From Alphaproteobacteria bacterium (GTDB lineage Bacteria; Pseudomonadota; Alphaproteobacteria; UBA2966), in NCBI GenBank assembly GCA_964291395.2, contig OZ219858.1, forward strand, positions 1,152,001 through 1,216,000: a stretch of DNA of 64,000 nucleotides, written 5' to 3'. This document shows positions 1-10,359 of the stretch, in pieces. Positions within the stretch are counted from its first letter, which is position 1. Every line of letters starts with the position of its first letter. The notes beneath the pieces are model-generated. The model saw nothing but the letters and a program-made list of their open reading frames with translations. It was not told where the DNA came from and did not search any database. Made by a program: the position numbers and the translations under genes.

Positions 1-1
1 C

Positions 2-1216
2 GAGCACTGCTTCGGCGAAGGTAAGGCCGTGGGTCAGGTCGAGCCAGCCGAAATCACCCCCGTAAGGCCGGTCAAGATCGTCCAGATGCCTGAGGTCGAA
101 ACGCACCATGTTGAGCGCGTTGGCCCCAAGCAGGCAGCGGTAGAGGTCAAGCGCAGGCGCAGCACCGTGCTCGGCGGTGAAAGCGAGCGCCTTGTCGGCA
201 TTCAGGCCGCCGTAATCTACCGCCGTGGGCACCCGTCCATTGGCCTGCGTCCCGAACCGTTCCAGAGCCGCACTATAGCCGCGGAACTTGGGAAGCAGGT
301 CCTCGCGGAAAGCCGACGTCAGCCCACGCACCAACGAAACCAGGACCGGTTCGGCAATATCCTCGCCCAGTCGGCGGATCAGAGCACCCGCCTTGAGCAC
401 ATAGATCGCCGAGTGGCCGAAATCTGCATAGTGGGCGAGTGCGGCGCGCGCTAAACCGCGCTCCATGGCACCGTAGGCATCGCCCGTAGCTACCGCACCG
501 CGTGTCAAGCGAATGGCACGGGCCTCATCCTCCTCCTCGACGGCCCGGCAAAAGGCTGCCTCATCCCAGTCCTCGACGCCTTCCGCATAGGGATAGCGCC
601 GCTCGCGCAGGGTGTCCTCGGCCATGTGACCGATGGACTCCAGGAGACAGATGAGCCGGTCTTCGAGTCCGCCGGCGCGTTCGTCATAGTGTGCAAGCCA
701 GTCCGCCGTTCCGGCGTAAGCATGCGTCCAGCCGAACTCCAGTTTGTCGTGCGACCAGCGAATCGCCTCCTTGACGGCGAGCGTAGGGGCGACGCCGAGC
801 TGCACGATCCGGGCGAGTTCGCGTGCCAGCCGTTCGTAATCGTGGTCGACAAAACCCTGTTTCAAATCCTCGAGTGATTTCGCGAGCCTCTCCTCGATAG
901 GCGGATCGACGATCTCGATCCAGACCTCGCTGCTTCGGATTTGGACCGGATAGATGCGCAGCCTGTCACCGTCGCGCTGGTTTTCACCCGTTTCCAGATC
1001 GAATTTCCAGTTGTGCCAATTGCAGGTGAGCAAGCAGCTCTCGTCGAGCGTGCCCTCGTGCAGCGGATAACCCTCATGCGGACACCGATTGTTGCAGGCA
1101 TAGATGCCGTGCGCGGTATCGAAGAGAGCGATCTGGCGGTCTCCGAGGCGGAAGACCATCCGACCCTTCCGGCGGAGATCCGCGACGCCGGCAGCCTTGA
1201 CCCAACCCGGGCTCAT
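2..1216 (-). CDS. Rieske [2Fe-2S] domain protein with a long C-terminal region (partial; runs off the window start)
   Basis: Not in the ORF track. Hand translation from ATG 1216 gives MSPGWVKAAGVADLRRKGRMVFRLGDRQIALFDTAHGIYACNNRCPHEGYPL...LTCNWHNWKFDLETG, i.e. Rieske CxH and CxxH boxes. Only about the first 180 codons were translated by hand; absence from the track is consistent with no stop before the edge. Confidence 0.85.
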   Translation of the reverse strand, partial: MSPGWVKAAGVADLRRKGRMVFRLGDRQIALFDTAHGIYACNNRCPHEGYPLHEGTLDESCLLTCNWHNWKFDLETGENQRDGDRLRIYPVQIRSSEVWIEIVDPPIEERLAKSLEDLKQGFVDHDYERLARELARIVQLGVAPTLAVKEAIRWSHDKLEFGWTHAYAGTADWLAHYDERAGGLEDRLICLLESIGHMAEDTLRERRYPYAEGVEDWDEAAFCRAVEEEDEARAIRLTRGAVATGDAYGAMERGLARAALAHYADFGHSAIYVLKAGALIRRLGEDIAEPVLVSLVRGLTSAFREDLLPKFRGYSAALERFGTQANGRVPTAVDYGGLNADKALAFTAEHGAAPALDLYRCLLGANALNMVRFDLRHLDDLDRPYGGDFGWLDLTHGLTFAEAVL

Positions 1217-1412
1217 GATCGTGCCCTCCCTAACGTTCACTTTGCATTTGGGACGAGAGAAACTGGCTCACTACCTCCAGCCTACATTTCGATGGGTACA
1301 TGCTTATGACGCTTATCTGACCTTCAGGCACCCTCATTCAAGGGGCGACAACCTATCACGGCAGGAAAATTCGAGCCCAAGGGGCGGACTGCCGCCTCGG
1401 GCGCTGTGTGAC

Positions 1413-1503
1413 TGTTGATCGGCGTGTGGATTGGACGCCGATTAGCGATGTAACTGTTTGATTTTACTTGATTTAAGGGAGTAAATTTGAACACCGAACA
1501 ACA
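1413..1503. mobile_element. Miniature IS21-family-like element (MITE-like, 91 bp)
   Basis: Imperfect terminal inverted repeats: left TGTTGATCGGCGT, right (reverse complement) TGTTGTTCGGTGT. Internal TTGGACGCCGAT repeat and AT-rich core with IHF-consensus TAACTGTTTGATT (1451-1463). No target-site duplication seen. Confidence 0.6.
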
Positions 1504-1719
1504 CCCGGGACCATTCAGATCCCTTCCATGACAGGACTGGAATGAGGCGGTTCAAAGGATACAAAGGTAAACCAAAAGGACTGCCTGAAGGGAAGGCAGG
1601 CCATGAGATGGGCGCCGAAAGAGGACGCCCGACTTCTGGAACTCCTGGAGCAGGGCCTCTACAGATACCGAACCGGCGAAGTCCTGCGGCGCACGGCGTC
1701 GAACGAATTACGGCGCACG

Positions 1720-1790
1720 GCGTCGAGAAGCGGCAGGAGCCGCGTCTTTCCACTTTCCAGAAGGCACTCGAGCTGATCGGCGCGCTGCCG
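1720..1790 (+). pseudogene. Possible XRE-type HTH antitoxin fragment
   Basis: VEKRQEPRLSTFQKALELIGA resembles the C-terminal helices of XRE HTH proteins; the rest of ORF 1542-1868 is not protein-like. Confidence 0.3.
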
Positions 1791-2240
1791 CCCAAATTAG
1801 TCAAGCTACGCGGCTTGCAGGAGCCAGTTGTCTCTAGCCATGTCTCAAGAATGCCGATTGCCCCTTGAAGAGCAAGGCCATACTCATATCACAGTTCGAG
1901 GCGATGCTGCTTTCCACTCAACGGTTGACGCCAATCCGCAGAGCAAGCGAGGGAATCCTAGCCTGTTCTATAAACTGGCGAAGCGTCTCCGGGCAGTTGA
2001 TGCGCCGCATCCTCCGATTCAGAAGATGGCTAGTTGAGCGTATAATTCCCAAAGCTATCGGTCCAGACTGTATGAGGTTGCGTCCCCGCCGTAGTCTAAT
2101 CGGACAGGTACCTAGGGTTATCGCGACGTGTCCGAGGGCGTCCGGGCCGGCGGGGGCGGGACGAGAAGGAGAGGTTTCCGGATGCCGCCCACCTTTGACG
2201 GCCGTTGCCCTTCCTTCGGCCCACATCGAGGCCCACAACC

Positions 2241-3089
2241 ATGATCGTCGATTCGCACATTCACTTCTGGGAGGACGAGTTTCCGGAGAAGGTATGGATT
2301 CGAAGAAAAATTGCGGCTCTGGGCCGGAGTTTCACGCCGGAAGACCTGAAACCGTTGATACGGGCGGCCGGAGTCGACGGCTTAGTGCTGGTTCAGGCGG
2401 CGCCCGAAGAGGCGGAGACGCGCTATTTCCTTGAGATTGCCGACAAGGAGGACATCGCGCTCGGCGTCGTCGGTTGGGTCAACTTGGAGGACGGGGTGGA
2501 ACGTCTCGGGGCCAGTCTAGATGCCTTCCAGCGACATCCGAAATTCAAGGGCGTGCGCAACCACCCGCCGCGGGAATTCGATGGCTCGTGGTTGCGGGAC
2601 CCCAAGGCGAAACGGGGCTATGCGCAGCTCGTGGAGCGAGGCCTGCCCTGTGACCTCATGGTGACCTGCCGGCAACTTGCCGACACGCGTGAACTCCTGC
2701 TCGAGGTGCCCGACCTGACTGCCGTGATCAACCACGGCGGGCGGCCCTCGGTGATGGCCGGGGAGCTGGAACCGTGGGCCTCGGACATGCGGGCCATCGC
2801 CGACGACACGAAGGCCTTCGTCAAGGTCTCGGGCCTGATAGAGCGCGCCAGCCAGGAATGGACGGCGGAGTCGGTACGGCCGTGGGTGGAGTTCCTGCTC
2901 GAGGCGTTCGGAGGGGAACGACTGATCTTCGGCAGCAACTGGCCGGTCATGACCATCATGGGCACCTACGGCGGTTGGTGGGAGGCCTTGCAGGACATTC
3001 TCGACGCCATAGGGGCGCCGGCCGCCGATCGGAAGGCATTGCTTGGGGGTACGGCGACGAAGGTCTATCGCCTAGACGGAGCTGATTAG
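2241..3089 (+). CDS. Amidohydrolase_2 family protein (L-fuconolactonase-like)
   Basis: MIVDSHIHFW (DxHxH), LVQAA, GVVGWV, INHGGRP, KVSGL, FGSNWPV motifs; ATG at 2241. Confidence 0.85.
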   Translation: MIVDSHIHFWEDEFPEKVWIRRKIAALGRSFTPEDLKPLIRAAGVDGLVLVQAAPEEAETRYFLEIADKEDIALGVVGWVNLEDGVERLGASLDAFQRHPKFKGVRNHPPREFDGSWLRDPKAKRGYAQLVERGLPCDLMVTCRQLADTRELLLEVPDLTAVINHGGRPSVMAGELEPWASDMRAIADDTKAFVKVSGLIERASQEWTAESVRPWVEFLLEAFGGERLIFGSNWPVMTIMGTYGGWWEALQDILDAIGAPAADRKALLGGTATKVYRLDGAD

Positions 3090-3174
3090 AGCGAGTCCGG
3101 TATCGTGATCATTTGGTGCGCAAAGAGTTCACTCATGACTCGCTCAGAAACGCCTCATGTGGCGCTGCGACCAT

Positions 3175-3906
3175 CTATGTTGCCAAGATTGACGTCCCTG
3201 GTGCTGGATAGGCACCTGCGCGCAAGCGATAGAAACGACCTGGGTGCAGCATGCGCACATAGGTGATCACGCGGGCGTCAATCCACGTTCGACGTTCCAC
3301 TATCAGAAGGGCATCTCCGGCGTCCATTTCCAGCCGTTTGGCATTCCGTACAGACGCCACAGCGGCGCTGATCACGTGCTCTACCTCGGACCACGGCTTT
3401 CGCTCGAGCAGCCAGATATTGGGAGGCAGATCGCGGAACGACTCCGATCGCGCATCAGGCACCACTTCCAGATTGATCCACCGCTCCTCTAGTTGGAACG
3501 GAACATCGGAGGCGAAGTGCAGACAATCAACTCGAAGCGCCTCTCGCGTATTCGGGATACCCAAGTGTCTGCCCACGGCGTCGCTCGGACGGACGATCCT
3601 GCGGGAGATCCGCTGGTAGCGGTAGATTGCACCCTGGCGTTCGATTTCATGGTCAACGCGCGGGATCTCGAACAACGCGCTGCGAGTGGTCTGCAACGCG
3701 ACTCGTGTGCCGGAACGACGGCGGCGCTCGACCACTCCCTCGTCGGCCAGCTCCCGCAGCGCGCGATGCACCGTCATCCTCGCGCACCCGAACGCGTCGG
3801 CCAACTCCCGTTCCTTGGGAATCAATGTGCCGGGAGGCCAGTCACCGGCACGTATCTTGCCGAGAACGTGATGCTTGATCTCCAAGTAAGAGCCGCGAGT
3901 GTTCAT
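3175..3906 (-). CDS. hutC: Histidine utilisation repressor (GntR HTH + UTRA)
   Basis: IPKERELADAFGCARMTVHRALRELADEG HTH, UTRA-like C-terminus (PFQLEERWIN, EVEHVISA); sits beside hutF/hutI/hutU. Confidence 0.9.
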   Translation of the reverse strand: MNTRGSYLEIKHHVLGKIRAGDWPPGTLIPKERELADAFGCARMTVHRALRELADEGVVERRRRSGTRVALQTTRSALFEIPRVDHEIERQGAIYRYQRISRRIVRPSDAVGRHLGIPNTREALRVDCLHFASDVPFQLEERWINLEVVPDARSESFRDLPPNIWLLERKPWSEVEHVISAAVASVRNAKRLEMDAGDALLIVERRTWIDARVITYVRMLHPGRFYRLRAGAYPAPGTSILAT

Positions 3907-4191
3907 TGGCGAGGTTCCATGAACTGCTGAGGTTGACCTGAGTGCGGTGGCGATTCAATCACCTGTCCCCGTGGTATGAAGCGGGGTGCCAACTGGAGCC
4001 GGGACACTCTTATGGCACCCGACACCGAGGAGAGGAGACCGTGGACCCGTTCCCTAGGACGGGGTCCCGTTGCCGCAAGGCGTGTTCTCGCTCGTGTCAG
4101 GCGCCTGCGCGCGATCTGCTGCTCCGGCCGTGCTTTCCGGGAAAGACAGTGGCATACACGCGGCCTGGGCCGCCATCGTCCCCGCATGTTC

Positions 4192-5571
4192 TCACAAGGT
4201 CGCAATCAACGCGTCCATCACGTCGCGATAACGAGAGGAAATGACCTCGCGGGCAAAGTGACGCCCGTGTTCGACCGTCTGCCGGCCGGCGCTCCATACC
4301 TCCCCGACCAACGACTCCTGCGCAGAGAAGATCCAGCCATCGAGCAACTCGTCTCCGTCGAGGCCGTGGAGCTCCAGGGTCGTTGCGTCCAATGTGAGGA
4401 GGTCCGCAAAGTATCCCGACTCGATCGCACCGGACCGGCGCCCGAGTGCCAAGGCGCCCCCTACGAGTACGGCGTCGAAGATCGCCTTTCCGGAGGATTC
4501 GCCCGCTCTCGAGATTACATTGCGTCGACGCATCGCGAGACGCTGACTGTACTCGAGCAGGTTCAGCTCGCCGGAAAGCGTGATACGCACATTCGAGTCA
4601 GTGCCGACGCCGAAGCGTCCTCCGGCGGTGAGAAACAGCTCGCCAGGAAACACACCGTCACCGAGGTCCGCCTCAGTGATCGGGCACAGTCCGACGACAG
4701 CGCCGCTCTTTGCCAAATTGGCGCACTCCGCTTCGTTTGCGTGGGTTGCATGTACGAGGCACCAGCGCTCGTCGACGGCATGATGATCGAGCAACCAAGT
4801 GATCGGTGACACGCTCCAAGCGCTCTCGATTTCCTCCACTTCGGCGATCTGCTCGGCAATGTGCATATGCACCGGACCTTTCGGGTGGGCGGCAAGCACT
4901 TCAGCGAGGATGTCGCGGGGCACGGCCCGCAGCGAGTGGGGTGCGATTCCGATACGCCAATCCGTAGGGCCCCGGCCGAGGGAACTCGCCGCCGACCGCC
5001 AGAGCAGATCGTACTTCTCGGCATCGCATGCAAAACGCAGTTGCACACCGGTAGGTGCCCCTCCGTCGGCCCCGCCCGTGGAGTAGATTACGGGAAGCAG
5101 GGACAGGCCGATGCCCGTCGCTTGCGCCGCCTCCATGATGCGTTCCGAGATTTCGGCCGGGTTTGCATAGGCCCGACCGCCCGGAGCGTGATGCAGGTAG
5201 TGGAACTCGGCGACCGCCGCGTACCCCGCCTCGCACATCTCGAGCTGCGCCTGGGCGGTGATGGCGCCGATCATCTCCGGCGTCAGTCCCTCCAGGAACC
5301 GGTACAAGAGGCGCCGCCAACTCCAGAAGTCGTCTTCCCCTGGTCCGCGCCGCTGCGTGCGGCCCGCCAGGGCGCGTTGAAACGCGTGACTGTGAACGTT
5401 CGCAGGCGCCGGAAGGAGAACACGGTCGGTGAGACAGCGGTCTTCGGACCGCGGCTTCACGTCGCGTTCCACGCCGCGGATACGCCCGTCCGCAGCGATC
5501 GTGACCCGTACGTCGGACGCCCAGCCGTCACGGAGGAGCGCACGGGGCGCGAAGAGTGAAGTTGAATTCAT
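4192..5571 (-). CDS. hutF: Formimidoylglutamate deiminase
   Basis: ANVHSHAFQRALAG, DDFWSWR, AEFHYLHH, APHSLRAV, HMHIAEQ, CPITEADLGDG, GTDSN. Confidence 0.95.
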   Translation of the reverse strand: MNSTSLFAPRALLRDGWASDVRVTIAADGRIRGVERDVKPRSEDRCLTDRVLLPAPANVHSHAFQRALAGRTQRRGPGEDDFWSWRRLLYRFLEGLTPEMIGAITAQAQLEMCEAGYAAVAEFHYLHHAPGGRAYANPAEISERIMEAAQATGIGLSLLPVIYSTGGADGGAPTGVQLRFACDAEKYDLLWRSAASSLGRGPTDWRIGIAPHSLRAVPRDILAEVLAAHPKGPVHMHIAEQIAEVEEIESAWSVSPITWLLDHHAVDERWCLVHATHANEAECANLAKSGAVVGLCPITEADLGDGVFPGELFLTAGGRFGVGTDSNVRITLSGELNLLEYSQRLAMRRRNVISRAGESSGKAIFDAVLVGGALALGRRSGAIESGYFADLLTLDATTLELHGLDGDELLDGWIFSAQESLVGEVWSAGRQTVEHGRHFAREVISSRYRDVMDALIATL

Positions 5572-5594
5572 CCGGGACAGGTCTTTCTAAAAAA

Positions 5595-5637
5595 TATGTC
5601 TAGATATAATATATAAAAACTAGTCATAATGTACATT
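5595..5637. promoter_or_regulatory. Putative HutC operator(s) in the divergent hutF/hutI promoter
   Basis: AT-rich island with near-palindrome TATGTCTAGATATA (5595-5608), similar to TGT(A)-N2-(T)ACA HutC sites, plus palindrome AATGTACATT (5628-5637). Confidence 0.65.
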
Positions 5638-6915
5638 CAGGCGGGATATCAAACATCCGCATACACCGAGGAGCCGGCCCTGATCGACGGCACACAGAGC
5701 GTACTCGCAAACGCGCGCTTCGCGACCTTTGCGCCCGGCCTACCGTATGGCCTGATCGACCGCGGAGCCCTCGCGGCAGAGGCCGGACGCATCCGGTGGG
5801 TGGGACCGCGGGGCGCGCTCCCTGCGAAATACGCGTCCTGGCCGCTCGTCGACCTTGGCGGACGCCTAGCGACTCCGGCTCTCATCGATTGTCATACCCA
5901 CATCGTATTTGGCGGCCACCGGGCTCGTGAGTTCGAGATGCGCCTGACCGGCGCAAGCTACGAGGAGATCGCGCGGACAGGCGGCGGCATACGGTCCACC
6001 GTATGCGCAACTCGGCAAGCATCTGAAGACGACTTGCTTGACTCGGCTCTGCCGCGGGTTGATGCGCTGATCGCGGAGGGGGTCGCCACCCTCGAAGTGA
6101 AGTCAGGCTACGGCCTGGATGTCGCCACCGAACGACGGATGCTGCGGGTGGCAAGGCGCATCGGCGAGCTACGCGACGTCACCGTCAGGACGACGTATCT
6201 CGGCGCGCACGCACTGCCACCGGAGTACGAGAGCCGTTCGGATGCCTACATCGACTTCGTCGCCGGGGAGGTACTGCCTGCGCTTGCGGCAGACGGGCTT
6301 GTCGACGCGGTCGACGCGTTCTGTGAATCGATCGCGTTCTCTCCGGCTCAGGTCGCCAAGGTGTTCGACACGGCACGTGAGCTGGACCTGGCCGTAAAGA
6401 TCCACGCCGAACAGCTCTCCAATCTGGGGGGCGCGCGGCTCGCGGCAGGTTACGGCGCGTTATCCGCAGACCATTTGGAGCATCTCGATCTCCGGGACGT
6501 TGCCGCGCTCGCCGATGCCGGGACCGTCGCGGTGCTCCTTCCGGGCGCCTTCTATTTTCTTCGCGAGACGAAGGTGCCACCGGTCCAGGCGCTGCGCGAC
6601 GCGCGGGTCCCGATGGCGATCGCCACGGATTGCAACCCCGGGTCCTCGCCGCTCGCATCGCTCCTGCTGGCCGTCAACATGGCCTGTACGTTGTTCGGGC
6701 TGACACCCGAGGAGGCGTTGGCCGGGGTGACCCGGGAGGCTGCCCGCGCTCTCGGAATGGCGGCCGAGTGCGGCACATTGGAAACGGGCAAGCGCGCCGA
6801 CATCGCGGTGTGGGACGTCGATTCACCGGCCGAAATCGCCTACCGCATCGGGTTCAATCCGCTCGTGCGGCGCCTCTACGGTCTGCCGGAGGGGCGTAAC
6901 GGGGACTCTCGATGA
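5629..6915 (+). CDS. hutI: Imidazolonepropionase
   Basis: [57 protein letters not shown]. True start may be CTG 5680. Confidence 0.95.
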   Translation: MYIQAGYQTSAYTEEPALIDGTQSVLANARFATFAPGLPYGLIDRGALAAEAGRIRWVGPRGALPAKYASWPLVDLGGRLATPALIDCHTHIVFGGHRAREFEMRLTGASYEEIARTGGGIRSTVCATRQASEDDLLDSALPRVDALIAEGVATLEVKSGYGLDVATERRMLRVARRIGELRDVTVRTTYLGAHALPPEYESRSDAYIDFVAGEVLPALAADGLVDAVDAFCESIAFSPAQVAKVFDTARELDLAVKIHAEQLSNLGGARLAAGYGALSADHLEHLDLRDVAALADAGTVAVLLPGAFYFLRETKVPPVQALRDARVPMAIATDCNPGSSPLASLLLAVNMACTLFGLTPEEALAGVTREAARALGMAAECGTLETGKRADIAVWDVDSPAEIAYRIGFNPLVRRLYGLPEGRNGDSR

Positions 6916-8582
6916 CCGCTCCCCACCGCAACCGGCGCGAGGTCTTCCCGCCAACCGGGCCCGACATTACCGCGAGGTCCTGGTTGACCGAGGCGCCGCT
7001 ACGCATGCTCATGAACAATCTGCACCCCGACGTGGCCGAGAACCCTCAAGACCTGGTGGTCTATGGCGGCATCGGTCGCGCCGTACGCACGTGGGACGAT
7101 TTCGACCGTATCGTTGCGAGCCTGCGTTCGCTGGAGGCCGACCAGACCCTGCTCGTCCAGTCCGGCAAACCTGTCGGCGTATTTCGCACACATGCGGACG
7201 CCCCGCGGGTGCTCATCGCCAACTCGAACATCGTCCCGCACTGGGCCGACTGGTCGCATTTTCGCGAGCTCGATCGCAAGGGACTGATGATGTACGGGCA
7301 AATGACGGCGGGCTCGTGGATCTACATCGGTTCGCAGGGAATTGTGCAGGGTACCTACGAAACCTTCGTGGAAGCCGGTCGCCAGCACTACGGGGGCGAT
7401 CTCCGGGGGCGCTGGATTCTCACCGCGGGCCTCGGCGGCATGGGCGGCGCCCAGCCGCTCGCGGCGGCGATGGCAGGAGCGTCATGCCTCGTTGTCGAAT
7501 GCGATCCGAGCCGCATAGAGTTCCGGCTGCGAACCCGCTACCTGGACGAGCACACGACCGACCTCGATGAGGCGCTGGAGATGATCGAGCGCTGGACCGG
7601 GGCCGGGGAGGCGCGCTCCGTCGGCTTGCTCGGCAACGCGGCAGAGATCTTCCCCGAGCTTGCGCGACGCGGGCTGAGGCCGGACATCGTGACCGATCAG
7701 ACCTCGGCCCACGATCCGATCAACGGCTACCTGCCCAAAGGCTGGTCGCTCGGCGAGTGGCGCGAACGCCGCGAGCGCGACCCTGCGACAGTGGAGTTCT
7801 CCGCGCGGGCGTCGATGAAGGAGCACGTCGCGGCCATGGTCGAGTTCTGGGACGCGGGCATTCCGACGCTCGACTACGGCAACAACATTCGCCAAGTGGC
7901 CAAGGAAGAAGGACTCGAGAGCGCGTTCGCCTTCCCGGGGTTCGTGCCGGCCTACATCCGACCTCTGTTCTGCCGGGGCATCGGACCATTCCGCTGGTGC
8001 GCGCTGTCGGGCGAGCCGGAGGACATATACCGCACTGACGAGAAGGTGAAGGAGCTCATCCCGGAGGATGAACATCTGCACAACTGGTTCGACATGGCGC
8101 GGGAGCGCATCAGCTTTCAGGGACTGCCGGCACGAATCTGCTGGGTGGGCCTCGGACAGCGGCACCGCCTCGGCCTGGCGTTCAACGAGATGGTGAGGAA
8201 CGGGGAGCTGCAGGCTCCGATCGTCATTGGACGAGATCATCTCGATGCCGGGTCGGTCGCGTCACCGAACCGCGAAACCGAAGCCATGAAGGATGGATCG
8301 GATGCGGTATCCGATTGGCCGTTCCTTAACGCACTGCTGAACTGCGCGTCGGGGGCGACCTGGGTGTCAATCCATCATGGGGGTGGGGTCGGCATGGGTT
8401 ATTCGCAGCATGCGGGTATGGTGATCTGCTGTGACGGCACCCAGGAGGCGGACCGTCGAATCGAGCGAGTGCTGTGGAACGATCCGGCGACCGGTGTCAT
8501 GCGTCACGCAGATGCCGGATACGAGATCGCTATCGACTGCGCCCGGGAGTACGAACTCGATCTGCCGGGAATTCTGGGCTGA
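6912..8582 (+). CDS. hutU: Urocanate hydratase
   Basis: [63 protein letters not shown]; ATGA overlap with hutI. Confidence 0.97.
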   Translation: MTAPHRNRREVFPPTGPDITARSWLTEAPLRMLMNNLHPDVAENPQDLVVYGGIGRAVRTWDDFDRIVASLRSLEADQTLLVQSGKPVGVFRTHADAPRVLIANSNIVPHWADWSHFRELDRKGLMMYGQMTAGSWIYIGSQGIVQGTYETFVEAGRQHYGGDLRGRWILTAGLGGMGGAQPLAAAMAGASCLVVECDPSRIEFRLRTRYLDEHTTDLDEALEMIERWTGAGEARSVGLLGNAAEIFPELARRGLRPDIVTDQTSAHDPINGYLPKGWSLGEWRERRERDPATVEFSARASMKEHVAAMVEFWDAGIPTLDYGNNIRQVAKEEGLESAFAFPGFVPAYIRPLFCRGIGPFRWCALSGEPEDIYRTDEKVKELIPEDEHLHNWFDMARERISFQGLPARICWVGLGQRHRLGLAFNEMVRNGELQAPIVIGRDHLDAGSVASPNRETEAMKDGSDAVSDWPFLNALLNCASGATWVSIHHGGGVGMGYSQHAGMVICCDGTQEADRRIERVLWNDPATGVMRHADAGYEIAIDCAREYELDLPGILG

Positions 8583-8742
8583 TGGTTGGCACGGCGATTT
8601 CCCGAGCTTGCCAATGCGCCTCTGCCATCGCGTCAAATCTGACCCTCGTGACTCACAAGAAATCGATTCCTGAGCCGGGGTCTCGGCGTCAAGCCGGCGT
8701 GCCGGCAGATTTCTTGCGCTTTGCCAGGTAGGGCACCGGATC

Positions 8743-10203
8743 ATGACGGTACTCGTAGAAACCCGGTCCGATTTCACGCTCGAAACCGCCAGGCGGGTGG
8801 CTTGGGACGGCGAAGGCGTCCAGCTCGGTGCCAGGGCTCTCGCGGCGATGCAACAGGGTCGGCATAGGCTGGCATGCATTCTCGACCGTGACCCGGAGGT
8901 CACGATTTATGGCGTGACAACGGGTTTCGGCCAGTTCGCCCGGAAGAAGCTCACGCCCGAGGAGCGCGAACAGTGGGCGAGCATGTCGCCGGCACGCATC
9001 GCCGTGTGCTCGGGCGAGTCCCTACCTGAACGCGTCGTACGCGCCATCGTCCTCGCGCGGCTGACCAACTTCGTCGAAGGCCATGCCGCGATATCGCCTG
9101 AGATCGCGCAGGGCGTTGCCGCCATGCTGGACGACGACAGGTTGCCGGCGGTCCCGGTGCAGGGTCAGGGTGGAGCGGGCGAGATCCTGTCGCTGAGTCA
9201 CTTGTTCACGGGACTGGCGGAAAGGATGAAGCCGGCGGCCAAGGACGTGCTGTGCCTGATCAACGGATCGCCGTCGGCCACGGGCTTGGTCACCGATGCC
9301 GCGCTCGTCGCCGAACGGCGCTTCGATCTGGCGGCGCAAATCTTCGCGCTGTCCTTCGAGGCTTTCAACGCGCCTTTGAGCCATCTTGATCCCGCGCTGG
9401 ACGGCTACTGGAACAACCCCCATGACGGTTGGGCGCTTCGGCGTCTTCGCGAACTGGTGGGCAACGGTCACGGCGGGGAACGGCGCCCCTATCAGGCGCC
9501 TGTCAGCTATCGCATTGTACCGCGGATTCTGGGCCAGGCCAGACGGGCAGCGACCATGGCCGCCGAAGTCGCAGCCGAGTCGCTCCAGGCCGTAACGGAC
9601 AACCCGGTATGGATCGATGCTGTCGACGACGACCATCCCTTCGGTTGTTTCATTTCAAACGGTGGCTATCACAATCCCCACGCGGTACTAGCCCTAGACG
9701 CCTTGACCGCCGCGTGCGCCAATCTCTGTGTTCTTGCCGAACGCCAGGGTGCGAAACTCCTGGACGGCACCATCTCGCTGCTTCCCGATCAGCTCGACTC
9801 CGCCGAGGCCGCCGGCGACAACCGTCGCGCTTACATGGGATATGTGCCGATGGCCCAGATCGGATACGAGGAGGAAGCCCGTCTCTACGCCCAGTCCACG
9901 TTGCTTCCCGGCAGTGAATCCGGCGGTTTCGGTCAGAATGACGTTGCCAGTCCCGTGTTCCTGGCGTGGTCCAAGCAGGACCGCACCGGCCGGTGTCTCG
10001 ACATGGCACTTGCCAGTCTCGTGCCGATCGCCTTGCGCGCCCTCGACGTCACTGACCGGCCCGTTCCGCCACGACTAGCCGGCCTCGAGACGGCAATCCG
10101 GGAGATCGAGTCCGACATGTCGCAGCATAAGGCCGTCGGTCCCGTAATGGCCTCGATTGCCGGGGTCCTGCGTCACGAAATTTATCCGCCGCAACGCATT
10201 TGA
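8743..10203 (+). CDS. Aromatic amino acid lyase superfamily (HAL/PAL fold) protein lacking the MIO tripeptide
   Basis: IYGVTTGFG, LINGS, SYRIVPRILG and VTDNP identify the family; the MIO site reads QGQGGAGEI instead of GSVGASGDL. Confidence 0.85.
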   Translation: MTVLVETRSDFTLETARRVAWDGEGVQLGARALAAMQQGRHRLACILDRDPEVTIYGVTTGFGQFARKKLTPEEREQWASMSPARIAVCSGESLPERVVRAIVLARLTNFVEGHAAISPEIAQGVAAMLDDDRLPAVPVQGQGGAGEILSLSHLFTGLAERMKPAAKDVLCLINGSPSATGLVTDAALVAERRFDLAAQIFALSFEAFNAPLSHLDPALDGYWNNPHDGWALRRLRELVGNGHGGERRPYQAPVSYRIVPRILGQARRAATMAAEVAAESLQAVTDNPVWIDAVDDDHPFGCFISNGGYHNPHAVLALDALTAACANLCVLAERQGAKLLDGTISLLPDQLDSAEAAGDNRRAYMGYVPMAQIGYEEEARLYAQSTLLPGSESGGFGQNDVASPVFLAWSKQDRTGRCLDMALASLVPIALRALDVTDRPVPPRLAGLETAIREIESDMSQHKAVGPVMASIAGVLRHEIYPPQRI

Positions 10204-10359
10204 AGCGGATGCAGATCCAGGAAGCGTTGACATCGTGCACAGGCAGCTGACCAGTGGCGGTGTCGGCGCCTTCGCTGGGTGAACCAAGGCAAGGCTTTCC
10301 TCGACGTGTTCGACCGTCATGCGGAGGCGAATGCCGCCGAATCCTTTGGGGCGAGGTGT

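Noticed and set aside
1687-1726. 16-bp direct repeat CGGCGCACGGCGTCGA with 24-bp period
   Set aside because: Only two copies in a degenerate region; most simply a local duplication.
3903-4205. ORF between hutF and hutC as hutD
   Set aside because: No HutD-like motifs; Arg/Pro-rich composition typical of non-coding frames.
8743-10203. Calling this gene hutH, or a pseudogene
   Set aside because: The MIO Ser is absent so a canonical HAL call is unsupported; the frame is intact and full length so decay is not indicated.
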